Assembly: GCA_050115495.1 (NCBI GenBank)
Contig: JASFQK010000046.1
Coordinates: 1 to 46,389, forward strand
DNA length: 46,389 nt
Direction: 5' to 3'
Source: Phycisphaerae bacterium
GTDB taxonomy: Bacteria; Planctomycetota; Phycisphaerae; UBA1845; Fen-1342
A model generated the notes under the pieces. That model was not told the origin of the DNA. It searched no databases and was given only the letters and a program-made list of their open reading frames with translations. Below are positions 36,797 through 46,010 of the stretch, piece after piece. The position numbers and the translations under genes were made by a program. How positions within the stretch are numbered: the stretch's first letter is position 1; each line of letters begins with the position of its first letter.

Positions 36797-38008
36797 ATGA
36801 GAGTGCTCAAAGGAGTGCTGGGAGTCGGTATGTGCATGTTGTTTGCGGGGGGGGTGTTGGCACAGCCGCCGCAGCCGGTGACGGGAACACCAACCGATGA
36901 GGGCATGCTGGCCCAACGGTTGGTCAACCAATGCGCCAACATTGCGCAGGGCGAGCTCGTGCTGATCGCCGGCAGCCCGCGCGACCTGGAACTGCTCCAG
37001 CACTTGGCCATCGCCGTGCGGCAGCGCGGGGCGCATCCGCTGCTCACGCTGCAGACGGAGGACCTGACCCGCCGGATGTTTACCGAGGTGCCGGCCCAGT
37101 ACGACGCTCAGGAGCGGGTCTTTGGCACGAAGCTGGCCAGGATGATCGACGCGTACATCGCCGTCGATTATGGCGAGGATCCGAACCTGCTGGCGGACAT
37201 CGCCACCGCCCGCGTGCAGAGCGCTGACCAGGCCAACATGAAGGTGGAGTGCATCCTCGTCGAGCGCGGCGTGCGGCAGCTCATGGTGGGTAACGGGCTG
37301 TATCCGACGAAGGCCCGCGCCCAGCAGTTCGGCATCCCGCAGCGCGACTTGTCGCGCATCTTCTGGGATGCGGTGAACGTCGACTACGGTCAGTTGCAGG
37401 CCCGTGGCGAAGAGGTGCGCACGCGCCTGGCGGCGACAAAGGAGCTCGAGATCACGGCGGCCAACGGAACAAAGCTCACCGTCCGCATCGCTGACCGTCG
37501 GGTCCACATCAACGATGGCGTGATCTCGACACAGGATCGCCAGCCGAACAACCCCAACTGCCAGGCGTGGCTGCCCGCCGGCGAGGTGTACGTCACACCG
37601 GTGCCAGGCACGGCCAACGGTACGTTCGTCGTCGAGCACTGCTTCTTCGAAGGTGAGCAGATCGACAACCTGAAGCTCGAGTTCAGGAACGGTCGGCTAA
37701 CGTCCATGACCGCCCAGGGCGAGATGAAGCAGCTCAAGCGGCGGTACGACGGGGCCGCCGAGGGCCGCGACCTGCTGGCCGTCATTGACCTCGGCATCAA
37801 CACCAACGTCCGCGTGCCGCGCGACAGCCGGCTGGTCACCTACATGGCCGCCGGCACGATCACCATCGGCGTGGGCAACAATAGCTGGGCCGGCGGGGAC
37901 AACGATGTGCCCTTCTGGCTGCCGGCGCACCTGACCAATGGCACGCTCAAGACGGACGGCCAGGTCCTGATCGACCGTGGGCAGTTGAAGACCAAGGACA
38001 TTCACTAG
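36797..38008 (+). CDS. Secreted M29 aminopeptidase homologue, probably catalytically degenerate
   Basis: AAAGGAG RBS, signal peptide, LPAGEVYVTPV..TANG, LEFRNG, LGIN, GNN.WAGG. Several metal ligands appear replaced. Confidence 0.8.
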   Translation: MRVLKGVLGVGMCMLFAGGVLAQPPQPVTGTPTDEGMLAQRLVNQCANIAQGELVLIAGSPRDLELLQHLAIAVRQRGAHPLLTLQTEDLTRRMFTEVPAQYDAQERVFGTKLARMIDAYIAVDYGEDPNLLADIATARVQSADQANMKVECILVERGVRQLMVGNGLYPTKARAQQFGIPQRDLSRIFWDAVNVDYGQLQARGEEVRTRLAATKELEITAANGTKLTVRIADRRVHINDGVISTQDRQPNNPNCQAWLPAGEVYVTPVPGTANGTFVVEHCFFEGEQIDNLKLEFRNGRLTSMTAQGEMKQLKRRYDGAAEGRDLLAVIDLGINTNVRVPRDSRLVTYMAAGTITIGVGNNSWAGGDNDVPFWLPAHLTNGTLKTDGQVLIDRGQLKTKDIH

Positions 38009-38009
38009 C

Positions 38010-38690
38010 GGCGTAGTCGCTGACGCTGCCCACGCCTTATCTTGCGTGGGCAGGCGTCTGAGCCTGTGAGACAATCGTAAGCACCAGGTGAGGAAATCCT
38101 CAACTCTGGGTGGGGCGGGCGTCCCGCCCGCCGTTTCGCCCTGAAACCAAAGGGATGTCGGGCGAGATGCCCGACCCACCCAGGAGACCTTGGGAGCCGG
38201 GCCTCGTTTCGAACGCACTGCGCGACGGGCACGGGTGTTCGTGGAGGGAGATGGAGGTGGTTGGCAGTGTTTCCCGGGGGGAGAGGTTGCCGCGCGATCC
38301 GGGCTGCGGCCTGATCGCCGCAACCTCTTCCCTCGCGGAGATCCCGCAGCCGGCTGAGCGGTTGCGGCGTTTCCCGATGCACCGGGAGACCGGATGCCCG
38401 TAGCGTCGGCCCCCCGTGGCCGACGTCGAATACTGGAACGCGTGCGGCCTGCGCGAGCGTGTGGCATGCCCAAGCGCAGCGCGGGCATGTTCTTCCTGGC
38501 GCGAAGAGAAGACATGCCGGCGCCTGAGGCTTCAGCATGCCACACTCCGTATCGGCCGTCTTCGTAGCGTTGGCCCCCCGTGGCCGACGTCGAGCGTCAG
38601 TAAGCGCCCGTCTTCGGAACGTCTGACTTCTGACTCCTGACTCCCCCCTTTCCGTTCGGGGCTCGGGCGGACTACGCCCCTTCCGCCCGC
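38010..38690. repeat. Dense intergenic cluster of REP-like palindromes
   Basis: Two GTAG REP copies (38400, 38564), inverted gtgtggcatgc...gcatgccacac unit (38459-38545), ggtggggcgggcgtcccgcccgcc unit and tctgact heptamers. No credible ORF. Confidence 0.75.
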
Positions 38691-38692
38691 GC

Positions 38693-38726
38693 AAAAAAGT
38701 GGCGGCCGGGGTTGGGTCCGGCCGCC
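38693..38726 (-). terminator. Intrinsic terminator of the second ECF operon
   Basis: Minus strand GGCGGCCGG-loop-CCGGCCGCC-AC-TTTTTT, about 45 nt after the stop at 38773. Confidence 0.7.
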
Positions 38727-38772
38727 GCCGATGGTCGCGCCGCTGGCGCTAAAGGAGACTCGCAGCGCGTGG

Positions 38773-40386
38773 CTATTCGAACAGGCTCCTCACCTTGTCG
38801 TACAGCTCGGGTTCGCTCTCGCGGAACTCCTTCTTGCTGTCGAAACGGTACGTGACCTGGCGCTGGCCCTTGGTCACCGTCACCGAGATCCGGCCGTTCT
38901 CGATCTCGACGGCGATGCCCTCGCCCATGGCCGAGTTCGCCCGTGCCGAGGCGATGGCTCGCTTGCCTTCCTTGATCCGGTTCAGCTTCTTCTCACTGCT
39001 GCGCAGGCGGCCCTGGGCATCGTCCAGGCGCCTCTGAATCTGCGTCTGGTACTCCTCCTGGAGCTTCTTCAGGTGGTCCGGGGCCGGCTGTACGCGATGC
39101 AGCATGATGTCCTGCGGACCTGAGTGGCGTTCGTAGAGCCGGAAGCTGGCCGGATCGTCACGCTCGAAGGCGTCCGGACTGTCATACTCACGCGTTTCCA
39201 CGTTGCCGTCGGCGTCGCGATGCTCGACCACGATGTGGCCGTCACCGTTGCGGTGAATCGTGGTGGCGTTGCCGTTTTCGTTCACCGCGATGCTGATCTC
39301 GACGTCGACGTTCGCATCGTCCTTCGGCGAGAACTGGAACACGCCGGGCGGGAAGTCCAGGTCGAAGGTGAACTCGCCGCCGATGTCGCCGTGTTTGAAC
39401 GCCTCCTGGATCTTCTCCATGATGTCCGGAATGTCCTGGAGCTGGCCGAGGTCCTGGAGCAGCCACTCGCCCTGCGGCCCGAGCTGGAGCTTGTGGCCGT
39501 GCAGGTTGACGGAGTGGTCGATGATGTCGTCGGCGGGCTCGTCGTAGAGGTACTTCCACACGCCGGGCTGCGGCCGATCCGCCGGCCGGATGGCCAGGTC
39601 GATCTTGCCGGCCTTGCGAATGACGATCAGGCCGGCCTTGTTGCCGGGGGCGATGCCCTGGATCGCATTGACCAGGTCTTCCATGTCGTCGATCTTCTGC
39701 CCGTCGAGGCCGACGATGATGTCGTAGCGCTTGAGGCCGGCATCGGCCGCGGGGCTATCGGCCACGATGTTGCCGATCATGATGCCCTTGGGACCGACGT
39801 GGGCGGCCAGGGGCTCGGGGATGGGGGTCATACGCACGCCGATCCAGCGACCCGGCTCGGCGATTACGTGCGGGGCCTGGCCGACCTGTACGTCGCCGAT
39901 GCGGATCACGTGCGGCGTGCCGTAGAGGACCCGCGGCGTCTCGTCGTCGCCGTCGGTCTGCACCCAAACGGAGCACGTGCCCTCGACAACGGCCGGCTTG
40001 TCATTGCCCTCGTAGACGAAGACGTGCGCCGGCCGGTCCGCGGTCTGTCCCCTGACGGACTTGGTGATCACGCGGCAGGTGGCAGCGCCGGCGGGTTTGT
40101 CGCCGTCCTGGTTGACGTAGATGCGCACTGGCGCATCCGCGGTCTGCCCGCTCACGGACTTGGTAATCACGCGGCAGGTAGCGGCGTGGCCGGGCTCACC
40201 GCCCGTTTGCCAGACGCCGACGCGTGCCTGGCCCAGGTGTGTGGGTGGTGCGCACGCATCGCGAGCGATGCAGATCGAGTGCTGCGGAGCGGTAACCGTG
40301 AAGTGGTGATCGCCGTCGACCTGGCCCTGGATCATGGGGCCGCCCCACAGGAATAGCGCGATCGCGCTCGACAAGGCCCATAGCAT
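38773..40386 (-). CDS. Secreted PDZ-domain protein without a protease domain
   Basis: AAGGAG RBS, signal peptide, PDZ WIGVRM...IVADSPAADAGLKRYDIIV. No trypsin motifs seen. Confidence 0.85.
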   Translation of the reverse strand: MLWALSSAIALFLWGGPMIQGQVDGDHHFTVTAPQHSICIARDACAPPTHLGQARVGVWQTGGEPGHAATCRVITKSVSGQTADAPVRIYVNQDGDKPAGAATCRVITKSVRGQTADRPAHVFVYEGNDKPAVVEGTCSVWVQTDGDDETPRVLYGTPHVIRIGDVQVGQAPHVIAEPGRWIGVRMTPIPEPLAAHVGPKGIMIGNIVADSPAADAGLKRYDIIVGLDGQKIDDMEDLVNAIQGIAPGNKAGLIVIRKAGKIDLAIRPADRPQPGVWKYLYDEPADDIIDHSVNLHGHKLQLGPQGEWLLQDLGQLQDIPDIMEKIQEAFKHGDIGGEFTFDLDFPPGVFQFSPKDDANVDVEISIAVNENGNATTIHRNGDGHIVVEHRDADGNVETREYDSPDAFERDDPASFRLYERHSGPQDIMLHRVQPAPDHLKKLQEEYQTQIQRRLDDAQGRLRSSEKKLNRIKEGKRAIASARANSAMGEGIAVEIENGRISVTVTKGQRQVTYRFDSKKEFRESEPELYDKVRSLFE

Positions 40387-40399
40387 GTTGTGCTCCTTC

Positions 40400-40939
40400 T
40401 TAGAAGTCGTTCTGAATCGCGATGGCGCGGGTGCGCACGCGGTTCACTTCGATGATCATGAACTCTCCGGGCCGCGCGCCCGGAACGAGGATCCAGTCAC
40501 TGTTGGTGTCGCGCACCCGCAAGCGCGGGCGCTCGAAGCTCTGCATGAACGGCTGGTCGGTCTCCGCGCTCGGTGACGCCGCCGCCGGCCGCGAGAACCA
40601 GGAGCCCGCCTGGCGGGTCTTGTCCGTCGACCCGCTCTGTGACAGACGCGGCGCGCCGAGCCACAGCATCATTGCCAGGCAGGCCGCGGCGGCGATGGCC
40701 GTGCCCTGCACCAGACGCAGCCAGGGCGAGCGGGTGCGGGGGAACGCGTGTGAACGGCCCATCGCCTGCCGCAGGGCCCGGCCAACCTCGCGGTCGAGGC
40801 TGGCGTATTCATCCACGAGCGCCGCCGCCGCGGGGTCGCTGCGCTCGATCTGGCGCAGTCGGCGGCGCTGCTCGCGGGTGGCCTCGTCGTCGAGGTACCG
40901 CGAGATGAGGCGTTCGAGTTCGGTCGGTTCCTGCGTCAT
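40400..40939 (-). CDS. Putative anti-sigma factor
   Basis: LERLISRYLDDEAT N-terminus, one TM (AIAAAACLAMMLWL), ATGA overlap with the sigma gene. Confidence 0.85.
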   Translation of the reverse strand: MTQEPTELERLISRYLDDEATREQRRRLRQIERSDPAAAALVDEYASLDREVGRALRQAMGRSHAFPRTRSPWLRLVQGTAIAAAACLAMMLWLGAPRLSQSGSTDKTRQAGSWFSRPAAASPSAETDQPFMQSFERPRLRVRDTNSDWILVPGARPGEFMIIEVNRVRTRAIAIQNDF

Positions 40940-41511
40940 TCATGCACCTTGTCGTTCAACATCTCCCTCAGGAGGCGTCTGGCCCGCACGAGCCGGGTCT
41001 CGACGGTTTCCACCGGCAGGCCCAGCACTTCACCGATCTCCGCGTAGCTCCAGCTCTCCAGATGCCGGAGAACGAAAGGTTCGCGGTACAGGGCCGGCAA
41101 CGCGCTGACCGCCTGCAAGAGCACGGTCCGGAGTTCGTTGCCCAAGGCCCAGCCGACCGGGCTGCGTGTCCCCGTCTCGTCACCGGGCTCGGAGACGCTC
41201 TCCAGGCTCCCGGTCCGCCGGTCGTGTCGCCGCCGGGCCATGCCGGCGTCGATGGCGGCGTGACGGGCGATCTTCGCCAGCCAGGGTCGCAGCCGCTCGG
41301 GGTCTTTCAGCGAATCGAGCCGCTGCCAGACCTGCATCCAGACCTGCTGGGCAATGTCGTCCACCAGGTCCACCCGGCCCGTGACCCCATAGATCACGCT
41401 GCGCAGCCAAGAGTCATGCTCCTGAACCAGGCGGTCCACGGCTGGCCGGTTGCCCCGCTGCGCCTCAGCCACGAGGTAATGCAGCGCCTGCCCGTCGACG
41501 GTAGCACTCAT
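40936..41511 (-). CDS. ECF sigma factor
   Basis: DDIAQQVWMQVW, LRPWLAKIARH, LPALYREPFVLRHLESWSYAEIGEVLG..VETVETRL. Start at 41511 or 41550. Confidence 0.93.
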   Translation of the reverse strand: MSATVDGQALHYLVAEAQRGNRPAVDRLVQEHDSWLRSVIYGVTGRVDLVDDIAQQVWMQVWQRLDSLKDPERLRPWLAKIARHAAIDAGMARRRHDRRTGSLESVSEPGDETGTRSPVGWALGNELRTVLLQAVSALPALYREPFVLRHLESWSYAEIGEVLGLPVETVETRLVRARRLLREMLNDKVHE

Positions 41512-41522
41512 CACTTCTGGAG

Positions 41523-41549
41523 TACGGGACGGTCGACGTAGCCGGTTCA
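41523..41549 (-). promoter_or_regulatory. Candidate autoregulatory ECF promoter
   Basis: TGAACC-N17-CGTA on the minus strand, 11 nt before ATG 41511. Confidence 0.45.
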
Positions 41550-41663
41550 TGCCAAAAAGCCCGTGAGATTTTCGAGTTGGAACGTGCCGCGCCGGCGGTT
41601 GGAGCCGACGCCGCCCTGTCGTACTATTCGGGTACGTCCGCTTCGATATTATGGGAGTCTTCC

Positions 41664-42803
41664 ATGCCCGTTCCCAAGCTGCTCCGCGATCTTCTGTCGC
41701 TGCCCACCGCCTCTTTCGCCGAAGACCTCGTCCTGGAGCGCGTCCGCGAGACCTGCCGGGCGCTGCCGGGCGTCACTTGCCGGGAGGATCGCTACGGAAA
41801 CCTGCTGGCCCGGTACCGCTACCGGCCACGAAAGGTCACGCCGCTGGTCTTCACCGCCCATACCGACCACCCCGGTTTCGTGGCGCAAGAGATGCGCGAC
41901 AAGCGGACGCTCCGGGCGGCGTTCCGCGGCTACGTCGAGTCGCCCTACTTCGCCGGTGCCCGCGTCTGCTTCTGGACCGCCAACCGCTGGGTCCGCGGAC
42001 GGGTGGTCGAGCTGACCAAGGAGGTGACGGTCCACCGCGGCGGACGGTGTGTAAGTCGCCCCGAAGAAGTGCTGATTCGCGTAACGGAGCCCGTCGTCGC
42101 CGGGGCACCGGGCGTGTGGGACCTGCCCGCCCCGCGCTTGCAGGGCAACCTGATCCACGCCCGCGGCCACGATGACATCGCCGGCGTGGCCGCCCTGCTG
42201 ACGTTGCTCGCTCGCCTCAGCCGCCGGCGCGCCTCCGCCGACGTCTTTTGCCTGTTCACCCGGGCCGAAGAGGTGGGCTTCATCGGGGCAGTGGGGGCGA
42301 TGAAGGCCCGTACCGTCCCGAAGAAGCTCCCCGTCATCGTCATCGAAACGAGCAAGGCCCTGCCCGACGCCCGCATCGGCGACGGGCCGATCCTCCGCGT
42401 CGGCGACCGGCTGAGCGTCTATGCGCCCGAGCTCCTGGCCTACATGGAACGTGTCGCCCAGAAGCTCACCAAACGCCGAAAGACCTTCGCATTTCAGCGC
42501 AAGCTCATGGACGGCGGGGCCTGCGAGGCGACGGGCTTCATGGCCTACGGCTACCGGGCCGGCGGCATCTGCCTGCCGCTGGGCAACTACCACAACATGG
42601 ACACCGACCGTGGCCGGATCGCCCCCGAGTGCATCAGCCTGGCGGACTGGCAGCGCCTGACCGACCTGTTCGAGGCCCTCGTGACCGAAGAACAGGACTG
42701 CGGCGCCCCCGACCGCACCGTGCAAGCCGACCTGGAACAACGTTTCAACACGCACGCCGCGCTACTCGCCGGGTGCGCTCCCGCCCGCCGCCGGCGGAAG
42801 TAG
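41664..42803 (+). CDS. M42/M20/M28-clan metallopeptidase
   Basis: DRYGNL, AHTDHPG, DDIAG, AEEVG, IE, YH. Confidence 0.85.
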   Translation: MPVPKLLRDLLSLPTASFAEDLVLERVRETCRALPGVTCREDRYGNLLARYRYRPRKVTPLVFTAHTDHPGFVAQEMRDKRTLRAAFRGYVESPYFAGARVCFWTANRWVRGRVVELTKEVTVHRGGRCVSRPEEVLIRVTEPVVAGAPGVWDLPAPRLQGNLIHARGHDDIAGVAALLTLLARLSRRRASADVFCLFTRAEEVGFIGAVGAMKARTVPKKLPVIVIETSKALPDARIGDGPILRVGDRLSVYAPELLAYMERVAQKLTKRRKTFAFQRKLMDGGACEATGFMAYGYRAGGICLPLGNYHNMDTDRGRIAPECISLADWQRLTDLFEALVTEEQDCGAPDRTVQADLEQRFNTHAALLAGCAPARRRRK

Positions 42804-42955
42804 TTCAGGCCCGCCCACGGCCCTGAAACGGGCGTTCTAAACAACGCTCAGGTCTGTAGTATCCAGACGCTCATCTATACGTAACACTTAATGTAGACAC
42901 CGGTTGTCGGGCAGCGGCTCAGGCGAGCCGCGGCCGGACCGGAGGAGCGTGTGTG

Positions 42956-43414
42956 ATGGATTATCCGTGTCGCCGCTGTCAGGTCGCCAACCCCGAGCAG
43001 GCTCGCTTCTGCCGGCAATGCGGGTTGGCGCTCCAGATGGGGCCCGAGGGGTTCCTCGGCCCGGGGCGGGTGCGTCACCCGCAGCCACTGGCGGCGCCGG
43101 AAGGTTTCGAGCCGGTGACGGCTGCGGCGGATGTGTACTTCCGCTGTCGCGGGGCCTGGGGCGAACGGCCGTTGCTCGGTACGGAGCCATTGGTGGTGCG
43201 CGTGGTCAATGTGGGCTACGTCCTTGCCGACGTGCGCTTGCACATTCGCGGAGAAGACGGCCCGGGGGCCGCGGTGCTGAGCGCAGAGCGGGAGGTGGCC
43301 CTTTTGCCGCGCGGGCAGGAGGTGGAGCTCGAAATACCGTCGTGGGAGCTGCACGGTCCGGTGCGGCGATTAACCGTCACCCTGATGTCCGCGGCGTTCG
43401 GGACGGAGGAGTAG
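42956..43414 (+). CDS. N-terminal zinc-ribbon protein
   Basis: GGAGG RBS, CRRC..ANPEQARFCRQCG, then a beta-rich domain. Confidence 0.8.
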   Translation: MDYPCRRCQVANPEQARFCRQCGLALQMGPEGFLGPGRVRHPQPLAAPEGFEPVTAAADVYFRCRGAWGERPLLGTEPLVVRVVNVGYVLADVRLHIRGEDGPGAAVLSAEREVALLPRGQEVELEIPSWELHGPVRRLTVTLMSAAFGTEE

Positions 43415-43447
43415 GTTCCGGCCCGCCTGGCAAGGAAGGAGATAAAC

Positions 43448-44398
43448 ATGGGCTGGCTCATCGCTTTCGGCGTCTTTGCGTTGTTCGCGATCATCGTCCT
43501 GCTGAGCGGGCTGTTCACGGTTCAGCAGCAGACGCGGGCGGTCGTGGAGCGTTTCGGCCGCTTCCACAAGCTGTGCTCGCCCGGCCTGCACTACAAAGTG
43601 CCCTTCATCGACCACGTCGTCGGCCGCGTCTCGCACCGCGTACGCGAGCTCGAGATCCAGGTCGAGTCGAAGACGAAGGACGACGTGTTCGTCGATCTGC
43701 TCATCGCCGTGCAGTTCCACGTGCGGGACAACGATGACGATGTGTTGGCGGCACAATATCGGCTGACCAATCCGCACCAACAGATCTCTTCGTACGTATT
43801 TGATACTGTCCGGGCGCTCGTCCCGGAGATGCCCATCGACAGCGTGTTTTCAGAGAAGGAGAAGATCGCCCTGGCCGTCAAGCAGCGCCTGGACCGCACG
43901 ATGCAGGAGTTCGGCTACACCATCGTCCAGGCCCTGGTCAACGACATTCAGCCGGATACCGAGGTCAAGCAGGCGATGAACAAGGTCAACGCCAGCGCCC
44001 GGCTGAAGGAGGCGGCCAAGAACGAGGCGGAGGCCAAGAAGATCCGCGTGATCGCCGAGGCCGAGGCCGAGGCTCGGGCCAAGGAGTTGCAGGGCGTGGG
44101 TATCGCCCGTCAGCGGCTGGCCATCGCCCGCGGCCTGAAGGAGTCGGTCGAGTCGTGTGCCGAGGCGGGTATTTCGCCCGAGGAGGCCACGAAGATGGTG
44201 CTGCTCACCCAGCACTACGACACGGTCACCGCCGTCGGAGCCCGCAGCCGTAGCACGATCATGATGGTGCCTTACGGCCCGGACGGTATGAACTCGGTTT
44301 CCGAGCAGATCACGCAGGCCCTGGTGACCGGCCACAGCGCGGCCAAGCTGGACGACGCCATCGACGCGGCCCGCAAGGCGAAGCCGCAGGGGGAGTAG
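43448..44398 (+). CDS. SPFH (band 7) domain protein
   Basis: TM, VVERFGRF..PGLH, ESKTKDDVFV, YVFDTVRA.VP, LVNDIQPD, LQGVGIARQR, LLTQHYDT. Confidence 0.93.
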   Translation: MGWLIAFGVFALFAIIVLLSGLFTVQQQTRAVVERFGRFHKLCSPGLHYKVPFIDHVVGRVSHRVRELEIQVESKTKDDVFVDLLIAVQFHVRDNDDDVLAAQYRLTNPHQQISSYVFDTVRALVPEMPIDSVFSEKEKIALAVKQRLDRTMQEFGYTIVQALVNDIQPDTEVKQAMNKVNASARLKEAAKNEAEAKKIRVIAEAEAEARAKELQGVGIARQRLAIARGLKESVESCAEAGISPEEATKMVLLTQHYDTVTAVGARSRSTIMMVPYGPDGMNSVSEQITQALVTGHSAAKLDDAIDAARKAKPQGE

Positions 44399-44431
44399 GT
44401 TCCAGCTCAGCAAGCGTTGCAGGAGGTACGG

Positions 44432-44662
44432 ATGTCGACAAATCGACCCGATGAATACGTGAGCTGCCCGCGTTGCCAGACGCGCCTCGACTACGCCGGT
44501 ACGAAGAAGTTCCACGAGGGCACGCGGGCCTTTGATTTCCTCGGCGGCGTGTTCGAGCTGATGAAGAACCGCGTGGTCTTCGACCTGTACGTCTGCCCGC
44601 GCTGCGGCCGAGCCGAGTTCTTCGTGGACGGCATCGGCGAAGCGCTGCGCGGCGAGAGCTAA
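44432..44662 (+). CDS. Small zinc-ribbon protein
   Basis: AGGAGG RBS, CPRC...YVCPRCGRAEFF. Confidence 0.85.
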   Translation: MSTNRPDEYVSCPRCQTRLDYAGTKKFHEGTRAFDFLGGVFELMKNRVVFDLYVCPRCGRAEFFVDGIGEALRGES

Positions 44663-45931
44663 GTGCTCTGGCCCGTAAATTCGATGACGTATCTTGTCAG
44701 GCGGTTTTTGATCGGGCCTGTTGAGCATCGAGGCGGGCCAGCAGGCGCAGCAAGTCGCGGCGTGTGAATTTCCATTCGAAGGGTTGCGCGATGGCTTGGT
44801 AGTGCTCCTGGAAGCGGAGTAGGCGGTCCTCGAGTTCCGCCAGGGATTCGAAGTCATTGGGGGTCAGCACCTTTCGCTGGATGATCGAGAAGTAGATTTC
44901 GACTTGATTGAGCCAACTGGCATGCACGGGCGTATGCACCAGTTGCAGGTTGGGCCAGCGGGCCGCCAGCCGCCGAACGCTGGCCTCGCCGCGGTGCGAC
45001 GAGCCGTTGTCGGTGATCCAAAAGACTCGCGCGGCCGAGCAATAGGGCCGGCGGCGCATCACGTCCCGCACCAGGCGCTCGAACGGCTCGATTCCGGTCT
45101 GGGCTTCGCAGCGCCCGAAGATGCGGGCCCGCCGCACGTCCCAGGCCGCCAGATAGGCCCACGCCCCGCAGCGCTCGTACTCGTGCTCGACCCGCATCGG
45201 CCGCGCCGGGCTCGGGGCCTGCGTCGGATGGATGCGGCGTCGTGCCTGGATGCTGGTCTTCTCGTCGGCGGAGATCACGTACTCATCCTCCCGCAACGGC
45301 TTTCCTTTCCAACGCCCCGCGTAGAGGTCGAGCACCTGATCGGCCTTGCGGGCGAAGTCCGGGTCGCGTGGGAAGATCCAGTTGCGGTGGCACCAGGGCC
45401 GAATGGCGTCCTCCGCCAGCCAGCGCCACACCGTGGTCTGGCCGATCGCCGCGACCAGGCCGCGCGCCACGGCTGCGCGGCAGATGTCGCCGATGCTGAG
45501 CCGCGTGAGCGGCAGCCCGCGCTCCCGGGGCAGCTCACACGCCAGGGCTTTGATCGCGATCACCACGCCGGGGGGAAAAGCGAGCCGGTCGGCCGTGTCG
45601 CGGCTGTTCCTCCAGGCCGGCCAGACGTTGTTCGAAGAAGCGCTTACGCCACTTGCTGACGATCTGGCGGGGCGTGTCCAGACGCGCCGCGATCTGGTCG
45701 TTGGACAGACCGTGGGCGGCATACAGGACAATCCGGGCTCGCACCACATCACGATACGGTGACGTATATCTCCGTGCCATAGCCTCCAGACTGGTTTTCT
45801 CCTCACGGCTCAACTCGATAATGTATGGACTTTCTCTCGGCATCTTCTGGCCTCCTGCCACCGAGACCAGTATGCCATGCCACCTCGGACCCGGCAAGAT
45901 TATACGTAATCGTATTTAAGGGTAGCAGTAC
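44663..45931 (-). mobile_element. IS630-family insertion sequence (about 1.27 kb)
   Basis: Imperfect 30-bp terminal inverted repeats GTGCTCTGGCCCGTAAATTCGATGACGTAT / GTACTGCTACCCTTAAATACGATTACGTAT. TAA flanks both ends (44660-62, 45932-34). Confidence 0.9.
44697..45843 (-). CDS. IS630 transposase in two frames (+1 shift near 45570-45579)
   Basis: HTH ORF A (RARIVL...VSKWRKRF...GRP) and DDE ORF B (ADEKT, TDN, HASWLNQVE), joined at TTTTCCCCCC. Confidence 0.9.
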
Positions 45932-45977
45932 TAAGTGGGGGCTGCCGCCCCGTCTAGCCGACGAGCGGCGGCGGACC

Positions 45978-46010
45978 GCGGCCGGGCTTCGTGCCCGGCC
46001 GCCTTTATTT
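45978..46010 (+). terminator. Intrinsic terminator, probably the original terminator of the SPFH operon
   Basis: gcggccgggc-ttcgt-gcccggccgc-ctttattt; 43 nt downstream of the duplicated TAA. Confidence 0.7.
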
